Shown here: positions 50,201 through 61,468 of the stretch, piece by piece
Numbering within the stretch: the stretch's first letter is position 1
Layout: each line of letters starts with the position of its first letter
The notes under the pieces: model-generated
Seen by the model: the letters and a program-made list of their open reading frames with translations, nothing else
Told to the model about the DNA's origin: nothing
The model's database searches: none
Program-made: the position numbers and the translations under genes
NCBI GenBank assembly: GCA_977016875.1
Contig: CDRNST010000056.1
Coordinates: 2,356,001-2,420,000 of the forward strand
Direction: 5' to 3'
Source of the DNA: Pavona decussata
Taxonomy: Eukaryota
DNA length: 64,000 nt

Positions 50201-53200
50201 GACCGCGTTTTTTTAATAAATAGACCTGGAAGCTAGTACTCTTTTGGGAACGAAATTCCTGCTCGACAGAACAACAATCTTGCGTTTTTCCTCTATTCAG
50301 TCTCGCTTACCTTTCAAAATATTAAGGATAAGGCTTAGCACCACCCCACTTCCCGGGGGAGGTGTGGAGTACCACGAGTAGTTTCCCATCGTGCCTTGCA
50401 TGGGCCGCCGGAATTTAGCTTTGTAGTTCTTTAAATCATCCAGGGTGAAAATTCCCCCGCCATCTTGACTGTCTTGAACGATATCCTTGGCTAGTTCGCC
50501 GTTATAAAAATCCTCTGGGTCGTCGCGGATTCGTTCGAGGGTTTTGGCAAATGTGGGCATATACAGAGTTTCTCCTAGTTTCTTCAGTTCACCGTCTTTG
50601 TTAAACAGAAGCGCCCTTCAAACAAACAAGTAATTCAGCTTACCACTTCAATATCACTCACCTATCGTGAATCTCAGTTTAAAGGTCCTGTTAATCTTAT
50701 GTTGAACTTTCTAACTTTTGTATAGTTTCCTTTATATAGTGCTGTTCATTATGCTTGCTATAAGATGATTTTACTCTTGTTTCTGTGAAAAAAACTGATG
50801 TGGCCATTCAAATGCCTGTGAAAACATGTGCAAAGGAATGACTTTCCTGTATGTCGTTTATGATGGTGTACAAGTTTACTGTAACTTTTCTAAAAGTTAC
50901 TGAAAAGTCTGTGGATGAAATCCTTATAGGTCCCACTACCTACTAACATATATCCATTCAAGTGAAAGTATTTGAAATAGTTGAGCATGCAGTACTTTCC
51001 TTTGGAACTGTCTATTACGCTGCACAAGAAGACATTGACTTCTGGGTCTGGATAAAATCCTTAAGTTTCACTCTTCAAAAAACCTGGTGAGAAGTCCTTT
51101 GGTATGGCCTTCTTTGTTTTGGAATATTTAAAAGTTGCTTCCATTTGGTTTCTTTACTCTCGAACTTAAAAATCTTCAGCAAAGTACAGGTCTTGAATCA
51201 GTCAAAACAAGCTTAACTGGGCACTGTCACGGAGATTTTGCTGTAAGTTGGCCAATTAAAACTGCTCAAATATTTGACAAAGAACCTCTTTTCTAACATT
51301 AAATTGCCCTTACAGCATTAGGAGGAAAATATGATATAACTTCTCCGTGAAAGAATAAAATATAATTAGTTTTTTTTAAAGCAATCAGTTCCAAATTACT
51401 CAGAAGGACCTTGAAAAAATTGGCCAATTTTTTCAAGCTGCAATCCATTTTCATCCTAGCCATCCGCAGCCACAGATGAATGAAACTAGCTTCTGTGCAC
51501 TAGTAAGGTTATTGATAACAAAATTGAACCATTATTTTAACGTTTGCAACTATACAAATATGTTTCCTGGCTATTCAAAGTGACACCAAAAATATACGAC
51601 ACTGCCCCTTTAACAAGCTAACCTATGACCAGGATCTTTCTTGAGAAGTGGTGTATAACGCGTTCGTGTCGCAGCATAGTGAGCGGAGTAGCCGAACGGA
51701 AACCCGTTTCTCGCCATGTCGATGGAAGGCTGTACAAGATATTTCCATTCCATTTTGCCGTACTTTTTCCAGGCTTCGTAGAATCCTTTCACCTCCCCAG
51801 GTACCCCGGCAGCCGTCGCACCTATTCAACAGATAAATACAAAAGTTACGCTAGAATCTCAAGCTCCGGCAACACACATCCGTGTTCTATCGGTTTATTT
51901 TTATTTTTATTTTTATTTTTTTATTTAGACTCTATCAATCTCGTACCCAGAGTCCTCCGGCTTTTTGGTCAGCGGGTGGTCGCCAGTAGAGACTGGACTG
52001 GACTGGGCACTGTAATTTTTTAACCGCAGGTCTTCTGCGGTAAAACAATGGCAGCCGTTACGGGACAGCCAATCAAAAAGTCCCTACTGGCGATCACCCG
52101 CTGACTAAAAAGCCAGAGGACTCTGGGTACGGGATTGGACTCGTACACGTACAGTCTCAAGTAAGAATACACGTTGACGGGCAAAACAGACTTTTGACTA
52201 ACAAAGACGGATCGAAACGCAACAATCACTCTTTTCCTTTTTCTGAGAGTCATATCAAGAACCGTTCCAGATTCTCAGATGGCCAGATTGGGTGATAACA
52301 ACATAACTTACCTAATCTAGAGTCCATTTTCCCCCCGACATACATTGTTCTGTTGGCCTTGCCAGGAGCTTCTTCACGGAAGTCGATAACCTCCACAAAA
52401 TTTGTGCTCTTGTTATACACAACAATAAATCCCCCACCTCCGACTCCAGCGGAATGCATGTTGTAGACTCCGATGCAAAACAGTGAGGCAATCGCCGAAT
52501 CCATAGCTGTTCCCCCTTTTTCCAGAATATCCCGCCCAATCTCCGAGCAAGGACCAGCGTCTGATGCCACAACGGCGTGTTTATAGGGGCCATCGGCCCC
52601 CGGGGGCCCGGTTGGAGGGGGGTTTATAGGTTTTGGGGTTGGAACGGCTGGTTTGGACTTCTTCTCCCTTGTGAAAACAACAGCTAATGCAATGATGATT
52701 GCCAGAACTATGACGGCAGCCAAGACAGCAGCAATGATTAGCCACCTTTTTGACCTAAAAAAGAAAAAGGAGAAACATTTTAGTTGTTTGAACCGCAATT
52801 CGCTAACTTGCAAAGCTCGAGGAAAGCGCAGAATCGCTATTTCGAGAAGTTCGCGGTTAAATGATGATGATGATGATGATGATGAATTAATAGACCGCGA
52901 ATAGTCTCTTGTTTTTGTTCAGAGATAGCTGAGCGAAGCTTCTGTAGTTGGACGTTGTTGTTTTGTCTTTTGAAAAGCGCAGGTTGCTATAGAAATTATT
53001 ACGCATAAAGCATCAAATTCACGTTTACATTGTAATTAAATGCATGTAAACATATACACACAGAAATTCGCGTTAATTAAATGCATGTAAAAAAAAAACT
53101 TTTCGAATATTCGCGTTAATTTTATAACGCGTAGATTTTGTTCGCGTTGTTAAAATGTTTCGTTATATTCCTATGATATGGTAAGTAAAAAGGAATCTCT

Positions 53201-54521
53201 TCTAGTTTGGAAAGACTTCGATCATTTTGTTTATGTAGCACACGTGAGCAGATGGCCGGGTGTGAACGCAGACGTAGTTCCGGCTGTCGCTTCGACAGCC
53301 GGAAGTACGTCTGCGTTCACAAGCTAGTGAGCAGAAAGAAACTGTTTATTCTGTTGATATGCAAATGCTGTAGGACTGTTGTTTTGTCGCAAGAGTTATC
53401 GAACAGCTAATCGCTAATATATCAGTAAACCCGCGACTCCGGTTATACAAAAGTATAAGATCAAAATCATAAAGAAATATTAAAATCGAGGAAGATACCT
53501 ACACCAATTCTTGCGCGTTTCTCTGGGCCCGAGAATAACGCCAAGAAGTTACCCAAATCAATACTTGTCGGTACATCGCAGAGATGTTCTTCAGTAAAAA
53601 GAATTTTGACATGAAATCTGCAAGTATGAACCCAGACTAGTACACGAGTAAGTTTACATGCCGTGAGAAGACTGAGAACGGTTTGAAAGTATTACACTGA
53701 TAAAAGAGACCGGCCAGAACTCGAATGGACACGACTTCAGACCACCATGAATGTTTTCATGAAACAGAATGGTAAATATGGTAAATGACTGATTGATCAG
53801 TATACCGGTGAGAAGCACTACGTCGGTATTATGTTTAATATGGCAGATATGGCACTGCTGGAAAAAGCGAGAGATGCAGAACCAAAAACTGATTTCTTCC
53901 CCGCTCAAAAGGAGCTAGTCTTTCCCGTAAGGGAGACATGCAGTTAAAAGAAGATAAACATACAAGAGGTTGTTCAGATTTAAACAGAGCCGCAAGCACT
54001 GACAGCGCCAGTATGAAAACCAATCGGAAGTCGTACCTGGGTGATTTTGACCGTACCTGACCGATTTGAGATGATTTTCCGACCAGTTTCATATGCACAC
54101 TGTAGCAAGCGTCAGTACGGAGACCGATTCCATGTGAAACCTGTGTAAGTTGGACGGCCTAGCTATAGTTCCTTGACTCAGTGATAGGCTCTTGTCCGCC
54201 GTGTGAAACTCAACACACTGTAAGCGATGTACGGTTGTTTTAACAACCGTACATCGTAATAACCGTACATGAAAAAGGCGATTGCTTGTATAATCACCTG
54301 TTAAACTGCTTTACTCTCCGCGAAATCGCCTTTTAGCAGCTCGACGACATAATTAAACAACAGTATTCTTAGTAAGATATAAGCAGCATCGGTGATTTTT
54401 GCATCGAGGCATCACAAAAACATGAAGCAGATAATCATGACTGACAACTCTGACTATGATACCTTTTGTGCTGGCTGTCTTCTTCAGTAAGTTTGTATTT
54501 GACGTCCGGATTGGAATTCAT
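47019..54521 (-). CDS. GGT: Gamma-glutamyltranspeptidase / glutathione hydrolase proenzyme, 8 coding exons, ~613 aa
   Basis: Exons 54463-54521, 52312-52754, 51623-51821, 50311-50615, 49854-49990, 48690-48880, 48003-48243 and 47019-47285 all have GT-AG boundaries with matching phases (1842 nt in total). N-terminal TM anchor; motifs GVGGGGF, IDFREEAP, GVPGE, PPPGSG, HRIVEAFKFAYA, GTSHLSV (catalytic Thr), NNEMDDFS, PGKRPQSS, GASGG and SDPRK. Confidence 0.93.
48003..48243 (-). CDS. GGT: GGT exon 7
   Basis: FGS...NNEMDDFS...PGKRPQSS...GASGG. GT-AG boundaries. Confidence 0.92.
48690..48880 (-). CDS. GGT: GGT exon 6 (autocleavage site and catalytic Thr)
   Basis: HEGTSHLSVIAENGDAVSATTTINL. GT-AG boundaries. 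Confidence 0.92.
49372..49660. mobile_element. Intronic MITE (ATAGAGCGGTTT.CAATTGAGTG TIR)
   Basis: Inverted termini. A related copy lies in opposite orientation at ~46540-46790. Confidence 0.75.
49854..49990 (-). CDS. GGT: GGT exon 5
   Basis: YHRIVEAFKFAYAYRALLGD. GT-AG boundaries. Confidence 0.9.
50311..50615 (-). CDS. GGT: GGT exon 4
   Basis: AKTLERI...FYNGELA...PPPGSG. GT-AG boundaries. Confidence 0.9.
51217..51609. mobile_element. TTAA-flanked Kolobok-like MITE next to the GGT exon 3 donor
   Basis: TTAA|CTGGGCACTGTCA ... GACACTGCCCCT|TTAA. Confidence 0.55.
51623..51821 (-). CDS. GGT: GGT exon 3
   Basis: AGVPGEVKGF...LVQPSIDMARNGF. GT-AG boundaries. Confidence 0.9.
51936..52137. mobile_element. 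Hairpin MITE (CAATCTCGTACCCAGAG TIR), intronic
   Basis: ~60-bp inverted arms. Confidence 0.8.
52312..52754 (-). CDS. GGT: GGT exon 2 (TM anchor, Pro-rich stalk, start of large subunit)
   Basis: WLIIAAVLAAVIVLAIIIALAVVF; CSEIGRDIL; SAGVGGGGF; IDFREEAP. Confidence 0.92.
54463..54521 (-). CDS. GGT: GGT probable first coding exon (MNSNPDVKYKLTEEDSQHKR)
   Basis: ATG in CAACATG context. The phase-2 donor AG|GTATC matches the exon 2 acceptor and gives a short hydrophilic cytosolic tail. Confidence 0.7.
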
Positions 54522-54836
54522 GTTGATCCCTCGGCGTTTTGAGGCTGATGCCAGATAAACAGTAAACACCGCTGTTTTTACCGCTGCAAAATCTAAGTGC
54601 GGAAATTAACTGGCGCGTGACAAATTTTATCCCAGGTATTAAACTTGTAAACTAATAATACACCTTCGCAAAGCGCGGGCACAGACACTAAATATTGCCT
54701 TAATAACTTTGTGTTTGACAAAACAGATGCAACTTGAACCTGTCGCAAATGTTATTCTTATGCAAAACGCTTTGTACTTCAAGGTATCTATTTATCGGCA
54801 CAGATTTTGACACTAGGCTGAATTATATTTCATAGT

Positions 54837-55285
54837 AAAACATTTTTAGAGATCATTCGTTTGACGTGGAATAGGCCGTTTACGTGTTGCCTCATTACAA
54901 AAGCAAGGCTTAGTGCAAAGCTTTTGACGTAAAAATTAGTTTTGCTTGTATATGAATACATACATACTTTATTTAACGTGCACGGAAAAACATACTTAGC
55001 TATTCGCTAGTTTCCAGGTGCTCCACGATTTAAAATTAAGTAATGAACAATCATGATCTCTAAAAACATTTTTAGAGATCATTCGTTTGACGTGGAATAG
55101 GCCATTTACGTGTTGCCTCATTACAAAAGCGAGGCTTAGTGCAAAGCTTTTGACGTAAAAATTAGTTTTGTTTGTATATGAATACATACATACTTTATTT
55201 AACGTGCACGGAAAAACATACTTAGCTATTCGCTAGTTTCCAGGTGCTCCACGATTTAAAATTAAGTAATGTACAATCATGACTA
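54837..55285. repeat. Near-identical 226-bp direct tandem duplication
   Basis: CATTTTTAGAGATCATTCG at 54841 and 55067, with only a few mismatches. Confidence 0.92.
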
Positions 55286-57295
55286 TAAAAAAAAACTTAT
55301 TTACATCGAGCTTGAAATTGAAATTTAGAATTTAAAATTAGTCGGAAAATATCAAAAAATTCGACAAACTAAATGTGATAAATTATAAGTCAACGGGTAT
55401 TAACATGAAAATCAGTTTGTCGAATTTTCTTCCAAAAGTCTTTTGAACCTGCCACGGAACGAATATCTCGAGGAAATGTGTTCCAGTGCTTTGAATTATC
55501 ATGGGATTTTTGACCTCTTTTGTTAAAAATGGTGAAATAAGACTTTCACTTTGCTACGAAATAATTCTAGAACAACGAGAGGAGAGAAATCAACTCAATT
55601 CTTGACAGGAACAACACGTCTCTGTTCTAGCGCATTTTGGAAACAAAAATACAAAAACTTGAAAAACATTAAGCCTAATATTTTTCAAGTTTCAATCCAT
55701 ACCGGCCTACTCTGTCTCTGGCCAGAGGCACTAATCGACAGTTTTATTGCACTGGGATGATAATTTTTTAACAAAACTAGTCAATAACTTTTTGTTTCTG
55801 TTGTCAAACAAACATTTCTGGGTTTTGAAATGACATCAAATTTTCGTGATACTTCCCCTTTAAGTCCGTATCTGGTAGTGTTCACTTTAGGTATAGAAAG
55901 AATTGGTCGTACTCTGCTCTCTCTTCAGTTATAAGATTATTAAAGCTGGATGGGGCCTTGCCTTGATGAAAAATAACTTTAAAAATAAAAACTATGCATG
56001 AAGCCTCGCTTTCATAATGAGGTTCAAAGCAACTGATCCCTAAAAACGTGCGTGCAGTTTACTGTACAGGCTAAAATTAATCCCTTCAGGCGACTGATAT
56101 ATCCGAATTCAAAGATCGTGTGATCTGCATTCCATATGTGCAACACTAGATTTTCCTCAAAATTACATGCAGACTTTACTCGAGGAACAAATATCGATCG
56201 CGGATCGATTTGTAACGTGACAGCTTGTCCACATAGATTAAGGAAATCAAATAATTGTATACTTCTATGAAAGAAGTGTAAACCGGTTTATTCAAACGCA
56301 TTGCATCCTTCCTATATATAATATTTATAAAATTATACAACCGTAATTTTACGGTAGAATTCTCAAAACAAAAAACACGCACACACACAAAAAAAACAAA
56401 AACAAAACTACAAAATACACACAAAACAACGTGTATAGTATTTGCATATCATGATCAACAGAATAAACGTTTCTTTTCTCTCACTAGCCTGCGAACGCAG
56501 ACGTATTTCCGGTTGTCGCTTCTCTCCGCCGGAGAGAAGCGACCGGCCGGAAATACGTCTCCGTATTTGGAAGAATCTTTACTGATTAGGCATCAAACTC
56601 GAATCAAAGTTCAGGTAAATCCAGGATTAGCTTAATCGAGCTTCAAACAACTGGGCCCAGATGTCAGACTTGAGTACTCGATTATTCAAAAACCGTTAAC
56701 TGAAAATCGATAGAAATTCGAAGATGGATTGTAAAAATCTAAAATGGTAAAGGTGCGATTTTTATCCAAGCCCTGCATGAAAGGAAATAATAGAGGCAAT
56801 GATTACTTTGGGGACAAGCAGAGGCGTTACACTTGTAACAACAAAATATCATAATCTTCTTTTATTAGTTATTGTAACTTATTCCCTTAGTTCTTTTTTA
56901 TTTTAAACCTCTTCATTTTTGGTTCCTCACTTGTCATTAATTTCTTAACATCATGACGTAATATGGAGGCCAACTAGAAAATCGGATGGTTAACTTGGCC
57001 TCCATCCTCAATCGCTACCTGAAAATTATTCAAAATAAATTAAACAAAATTTTACCAAACAAGAATATGGAATGTAATTATAACAATCTTTCTAATTAAT
57101 CATGAGGAAAATAAAGGTTGTTGTTGGATCCAGAAAGAGGGAGCCAAAAAAAATTGTGGCGAGGGCCAAGAAACTTTAAAAAAAAGCAAGAAAAACGCGA
57201 GGGGCGGGGCCCTCTCGCACTTAGCGCACCTCCCCCACTCCCCCCCCCCCCAAAAAAAAAAGTCCGCCCCTGACAAATGATTACATAACGGAAAA

Positions 57296-57311
57296 GGATA
57301 GGATAGGATAG

Positions 57312-57344
<33 letters not shown>

Positions 57345-59260
57345 CTGCTTAGATTATTATTATCAACTAACTATCTATCTACCTAACTAGGATTATAAAA
57401 GTTAAAAAATAATAAATCAAAGCTAAACAATAAATGCTGCTTTTCTTAGAGGCCGTGTTTAAAAATCTTACTTATAACTGTGGCGTTTTAATTTAGTCTT
57501 AAAATAATTCAAGGAAGTTGCTTGCCGTAATTCTATTGGCAAACTGTTCCACAACTGAGCTCCACTGTATGAGAAACTTTTCTTTAAATAATCAGTGCGC
57601 GGTTGTGGAAGAGTTAGCGTGTCTTCAGTATTCCTTAAATGATAAGAATTCAAATTATCGCGAAAAACGATCTTAAATATTCAGGTGTCATGCCATTTAA
57701 AGTTTTATACATCATAATTGATTTTTTATCCAATCTTTGATGACAGAGGTTTCGCCAGCTAGTGCCCGGAACAAATCATCCAAGTTGCTGATCATATCCA
57801 GCGGACATCCATGGCCCACAGTTTCATACAGTCAGCGGCTCGACGTGTGGGCTCACGCAGTTTTTCTTTGCCTTTCATAAAATGCGTAAAAATCCGTAGA
57901 ATTAACTATCAAGCGACAAAATTATATTATTTAGCAAATATTGAAATAAACAGCAAGTTGAAAAGAATAAAAACCCGTGTTTTCTTGTTATTGCATTATT
58001 GCGCAATCATTAGCCGTATTGTCACACCACTTTGTCACGCGAAGTCACACTCTGTTTGGAATAAGCGCGAAACCACTGGAAAAGTTGTACAGCGTACTTA
58101 GAAGTGAAGCAAAAATCTGTCATGTAAGCTGAACATAAACTGAACAGTTTCGACATGGCGGCCGAAACAAGACATGTTTTTACCGATATTTAAACCGCTT
58201 GGGAACAACGAATACAACTCGTAAGGCATTGTACCTGCGATTAAAAGTAAACTTACAAATCTAAACTTTGGAAGGCGATTTTTGGAAACTGACCAGCGCT
58301 TCTGAGAGAGAGACAAGTTGAGAATGTGTACACGCACTCCGGCTCTGGCTAGACAATGAGAAGAAGCAAAGTATGGCGAACCTGGCGGTTTTTACTGTGA
58401 ATGATAAAGTTGTTCAGGAACCGCGAGGAAAGTTCAAAAGCAAATAATAATACGGTTCGACCGTTACTAGATATAATTGTCTCTACGTTCAGATTTGTGG
58501 AACGTGGAAATGTTGTATCGTTCTGACTTGGAAAAGACGAATAAATCAAGGTAGGGCAAAATTCCACTTATTTCTTTGTTGAGAATTTGATCGGCGTTTA
58601 AATTTTAAGACTGGATTCAGCGCGTGTGCGCCTGCGCGGCGGCCATGATGTATGGAATTGTAATGGAATTGTTGGAATTGTAATGGAATTGTACGCCATG
58701 CAAAATGCGGGCTGCGCGATTTTGAAGCTTTTGAAGCTTATCAGACAGGCCTTTGCTACAATTTCCCCACACCTCATTACAATAATCAAAGTGAGGTTGA
58801 ACAAGAATATGACAAACATTGATTAAAATATTAAATGGCATTAGATGTCTTATGCGCTTAATTGCACCAATGGCGGAAGCAATCTTTTTAGAGATATTTT
58901 CAATATGACATCCCCAATTTAAAGTTTGGTCGATGTAGACCCCAAGAGATTTGGCTGATGCTACCTGTCCCACAGCCATGTCATTTATAGTTAGAGAGGG
59001 TCTCTCTGAAATATTCGATAACTTCTTGCCTAGATGCAATTAGCATAAACTCCGTTTTTGTTAGATTTAAAGTAAGCTTGTTGGCTGATAACCAAGTGTA
59101 CGCTTTGCTTAGATCATAATTAAGACAATTATTTAAATGGTTAACGTCAGTACTAGCAAACGTCAAGCTGGTATCGTCAGCGTACATCCTAGTCTGAAAA
59201 CTGCAAGCAATTCGGTAAGTCATTGATATATAACAAAAATAGAAGAGGTCCTAGAATTGT
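57296..59260 (-). mobile_element. 5'-truncated, frameshifted CR1/L2-group LINE (reverse transcriptase remnant) split by an insertion
   Basis: LGPLLFLLYINDL, YADDT, LTLNLTKTEFM, LGVYIDQTLNW, LQKLQNRAARI and FSYSGAQLWNSLP. The 3' end is AATAAA followed by a (TATCC)n tail. Confidence 0.88.
57810..58700. mobile_element. DNA-transposon-like insertion with CATGGC termini inside the LINE
   Basis: CATGGCCCACAGTTTC ... GGAATTGTACGCCATG. The RT sequence (RAARIL|MSAG) rejoins when it is removed. No clear TSD. Confidence 0.65.
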
Positions 59261-61468
59261 TCTTGTAAGCATTCTTGTAAGAGTTTTATACGGAATGAAA
59301 AAACAACTGGATTCCCCCATTCGGCAATAAATACTGAATACATTACAATAAATAACATAAGCACCACACTTCACTAATAACATAAAACTGTGTTGAGGCA
59401 GACACATAACTCGACTATCGGTTGTTATCCATTTTTGTCAATCGATAACAATCGATTGCCGTAATATCAATTGGTTTCCGATGTCAATTTCTATCAAGCA
59501 TTTACGTCTGATTAGACGATGCGTAACACTGCACGTTTGATAACAAATGTCGGATGGGTCGGAAAGTAACTTGAATGTTAGAGCAATGATTCCTTCGAGT
59601 GCGCGCATTGCAGATTCTCCGGCAGTCAAATTCCGCTATGCTTATAGGATGTTTTATTGTCGTATTCATTGAACCAGTGCCAGTCCGGTTTTTACACGTA
59701 CCACCTTTTTTATAGGGAGGGGGAGAAGAATTGGACCGGTTATACCAAAAAAATTCCTTCAAAGGTTTTCGGGAATAAAAGAGTCCATTCACCGCACAAC
59801 AGGGTAATCAAAATGTTCAAGAACATTTCACGCATGACTTTTCGTTGCGAATGAAAAAAATGTGTACAGGACGGACATTTGCTCAAAACCTCCCTTCTCA
59901 AAATGAAAAAGTTATTTTTACTATCGACATCAACAAATCGTCCGAATAGTTCGAAGCTGAAGTCAAACAGAGAAAATTATTGACCTTGAAAAAAGATGTC
60001 TTCATCATAGCATGCAAAGTTTTCTCTTCGATCGGATGTCGGATGGAGTCCTGGACGATGAATAGAAAAACATTTCCTCAGCATTTATTTACTTAATTAG
60101 GGTTTATAATTTTGGAGTTTTACCCTTGCATATACTCTCATTTCCATAATTCTTTAAAAATAACTTCACACTTGACGGAAGTCTTTTAGCAAAAGTCGCC
60201 GTCTGGAGTCTAGAGTTCGCTAGAGTGATAATTCTTCTTTGTTTCAATTGTCAACGGATACATTGTGAGCGTCACGTTGTTGGCTGCAGGCCGTATGCGT
60301 GAGAAAAATGGCTTCGTCTTTTATATTCTGAAATAGAAAATAAAAAAACAAAAACAGACCCCAACAAAAAAACCACGAAGTTGGTGGTATTGCGTAAGAA
60401 AGCCAAATATTTGGCGCTGAACCCTGACAGAAAAATGCAAAGATCGCTTCTCAGTTCCATTCTTTCCCATTCCGCGTCGTCCACACCCATTCTTTACGCA
60501 GCTCCACCGATGAAATTTTCCCACATTCCTACGAGCCATGAGGGCTAGACTGAAAGTGATGATCGACTTATGCTATAACTTAACTTGTTTCGGCTGTGTT
60601 AGCGACAGGAAGTCTTATACTTTAAGTTAAGAAAAGGTTGATTTCGACCCGAAGGCCGCGGCGATGAACCGTGTAAAAGAGTTGAATATTAATGGCATGT
60701 CACTTACTTTTAGTATTAAAATAGTTTTCCAGTCCTGCGTAATGTTACGTTATTTTCGTAAAGCTTAAGGTCAGCATCAGATAATAAATTTGGGAACTAA
60801 TTTCCGTCCCCGTTCCCAACAACTTTCTGCAACTTAATTTTCAGCTTTAGATTCCGCGTACAGATCAACCTATTTTAGCCCGTAAAAACAAATATGCCTT
60901 AAATGGCCGCGGCACAAAACGATCTGGAAACACAGAGGACAACATTAAGACTATTTTCCGTAAATGTTCTCGTTCGGCGGAGCAAAAATAGCCTAAGAAC
61001 ACAGACGTATTTTCGACTGTCAATTCTCTCCGCCGAAAAAGAGCTCTCATTTGAATTTGAATGTAGTTTTTGGCAAGTGTTTCTTTATTCGATGATTACA
61101 TAATATGCGCATCAGATGGATAATTAATTCTTATAACCTTGAGAGGCTGCCCGTGGCCTGTTTTGTTTTGCAGTTATAAATAAATACCTGTACGTATATG
61201 ATTATTTTTACCCCGCGCTTACAACTTCCTTTCTTAATTAAAAGTCATCATAATCAAATCATATCAGATTGATCAATGTTGCTTACACTAACACTAAGGC
61301 GTACATTTTCTTAGTATAGAAAACTCCAAACTAACTCAATCGGCGCTTAATTACGGTATAGCCTCAATGAATTGCCGCAATCACTCTCAATTCTCCGTCG
61401 AGCCATCCGCCAACCGCGTCTCTAACAAAAAACAAAGTGAATGAGTTCAATCTTTTGAAAAAGATATC

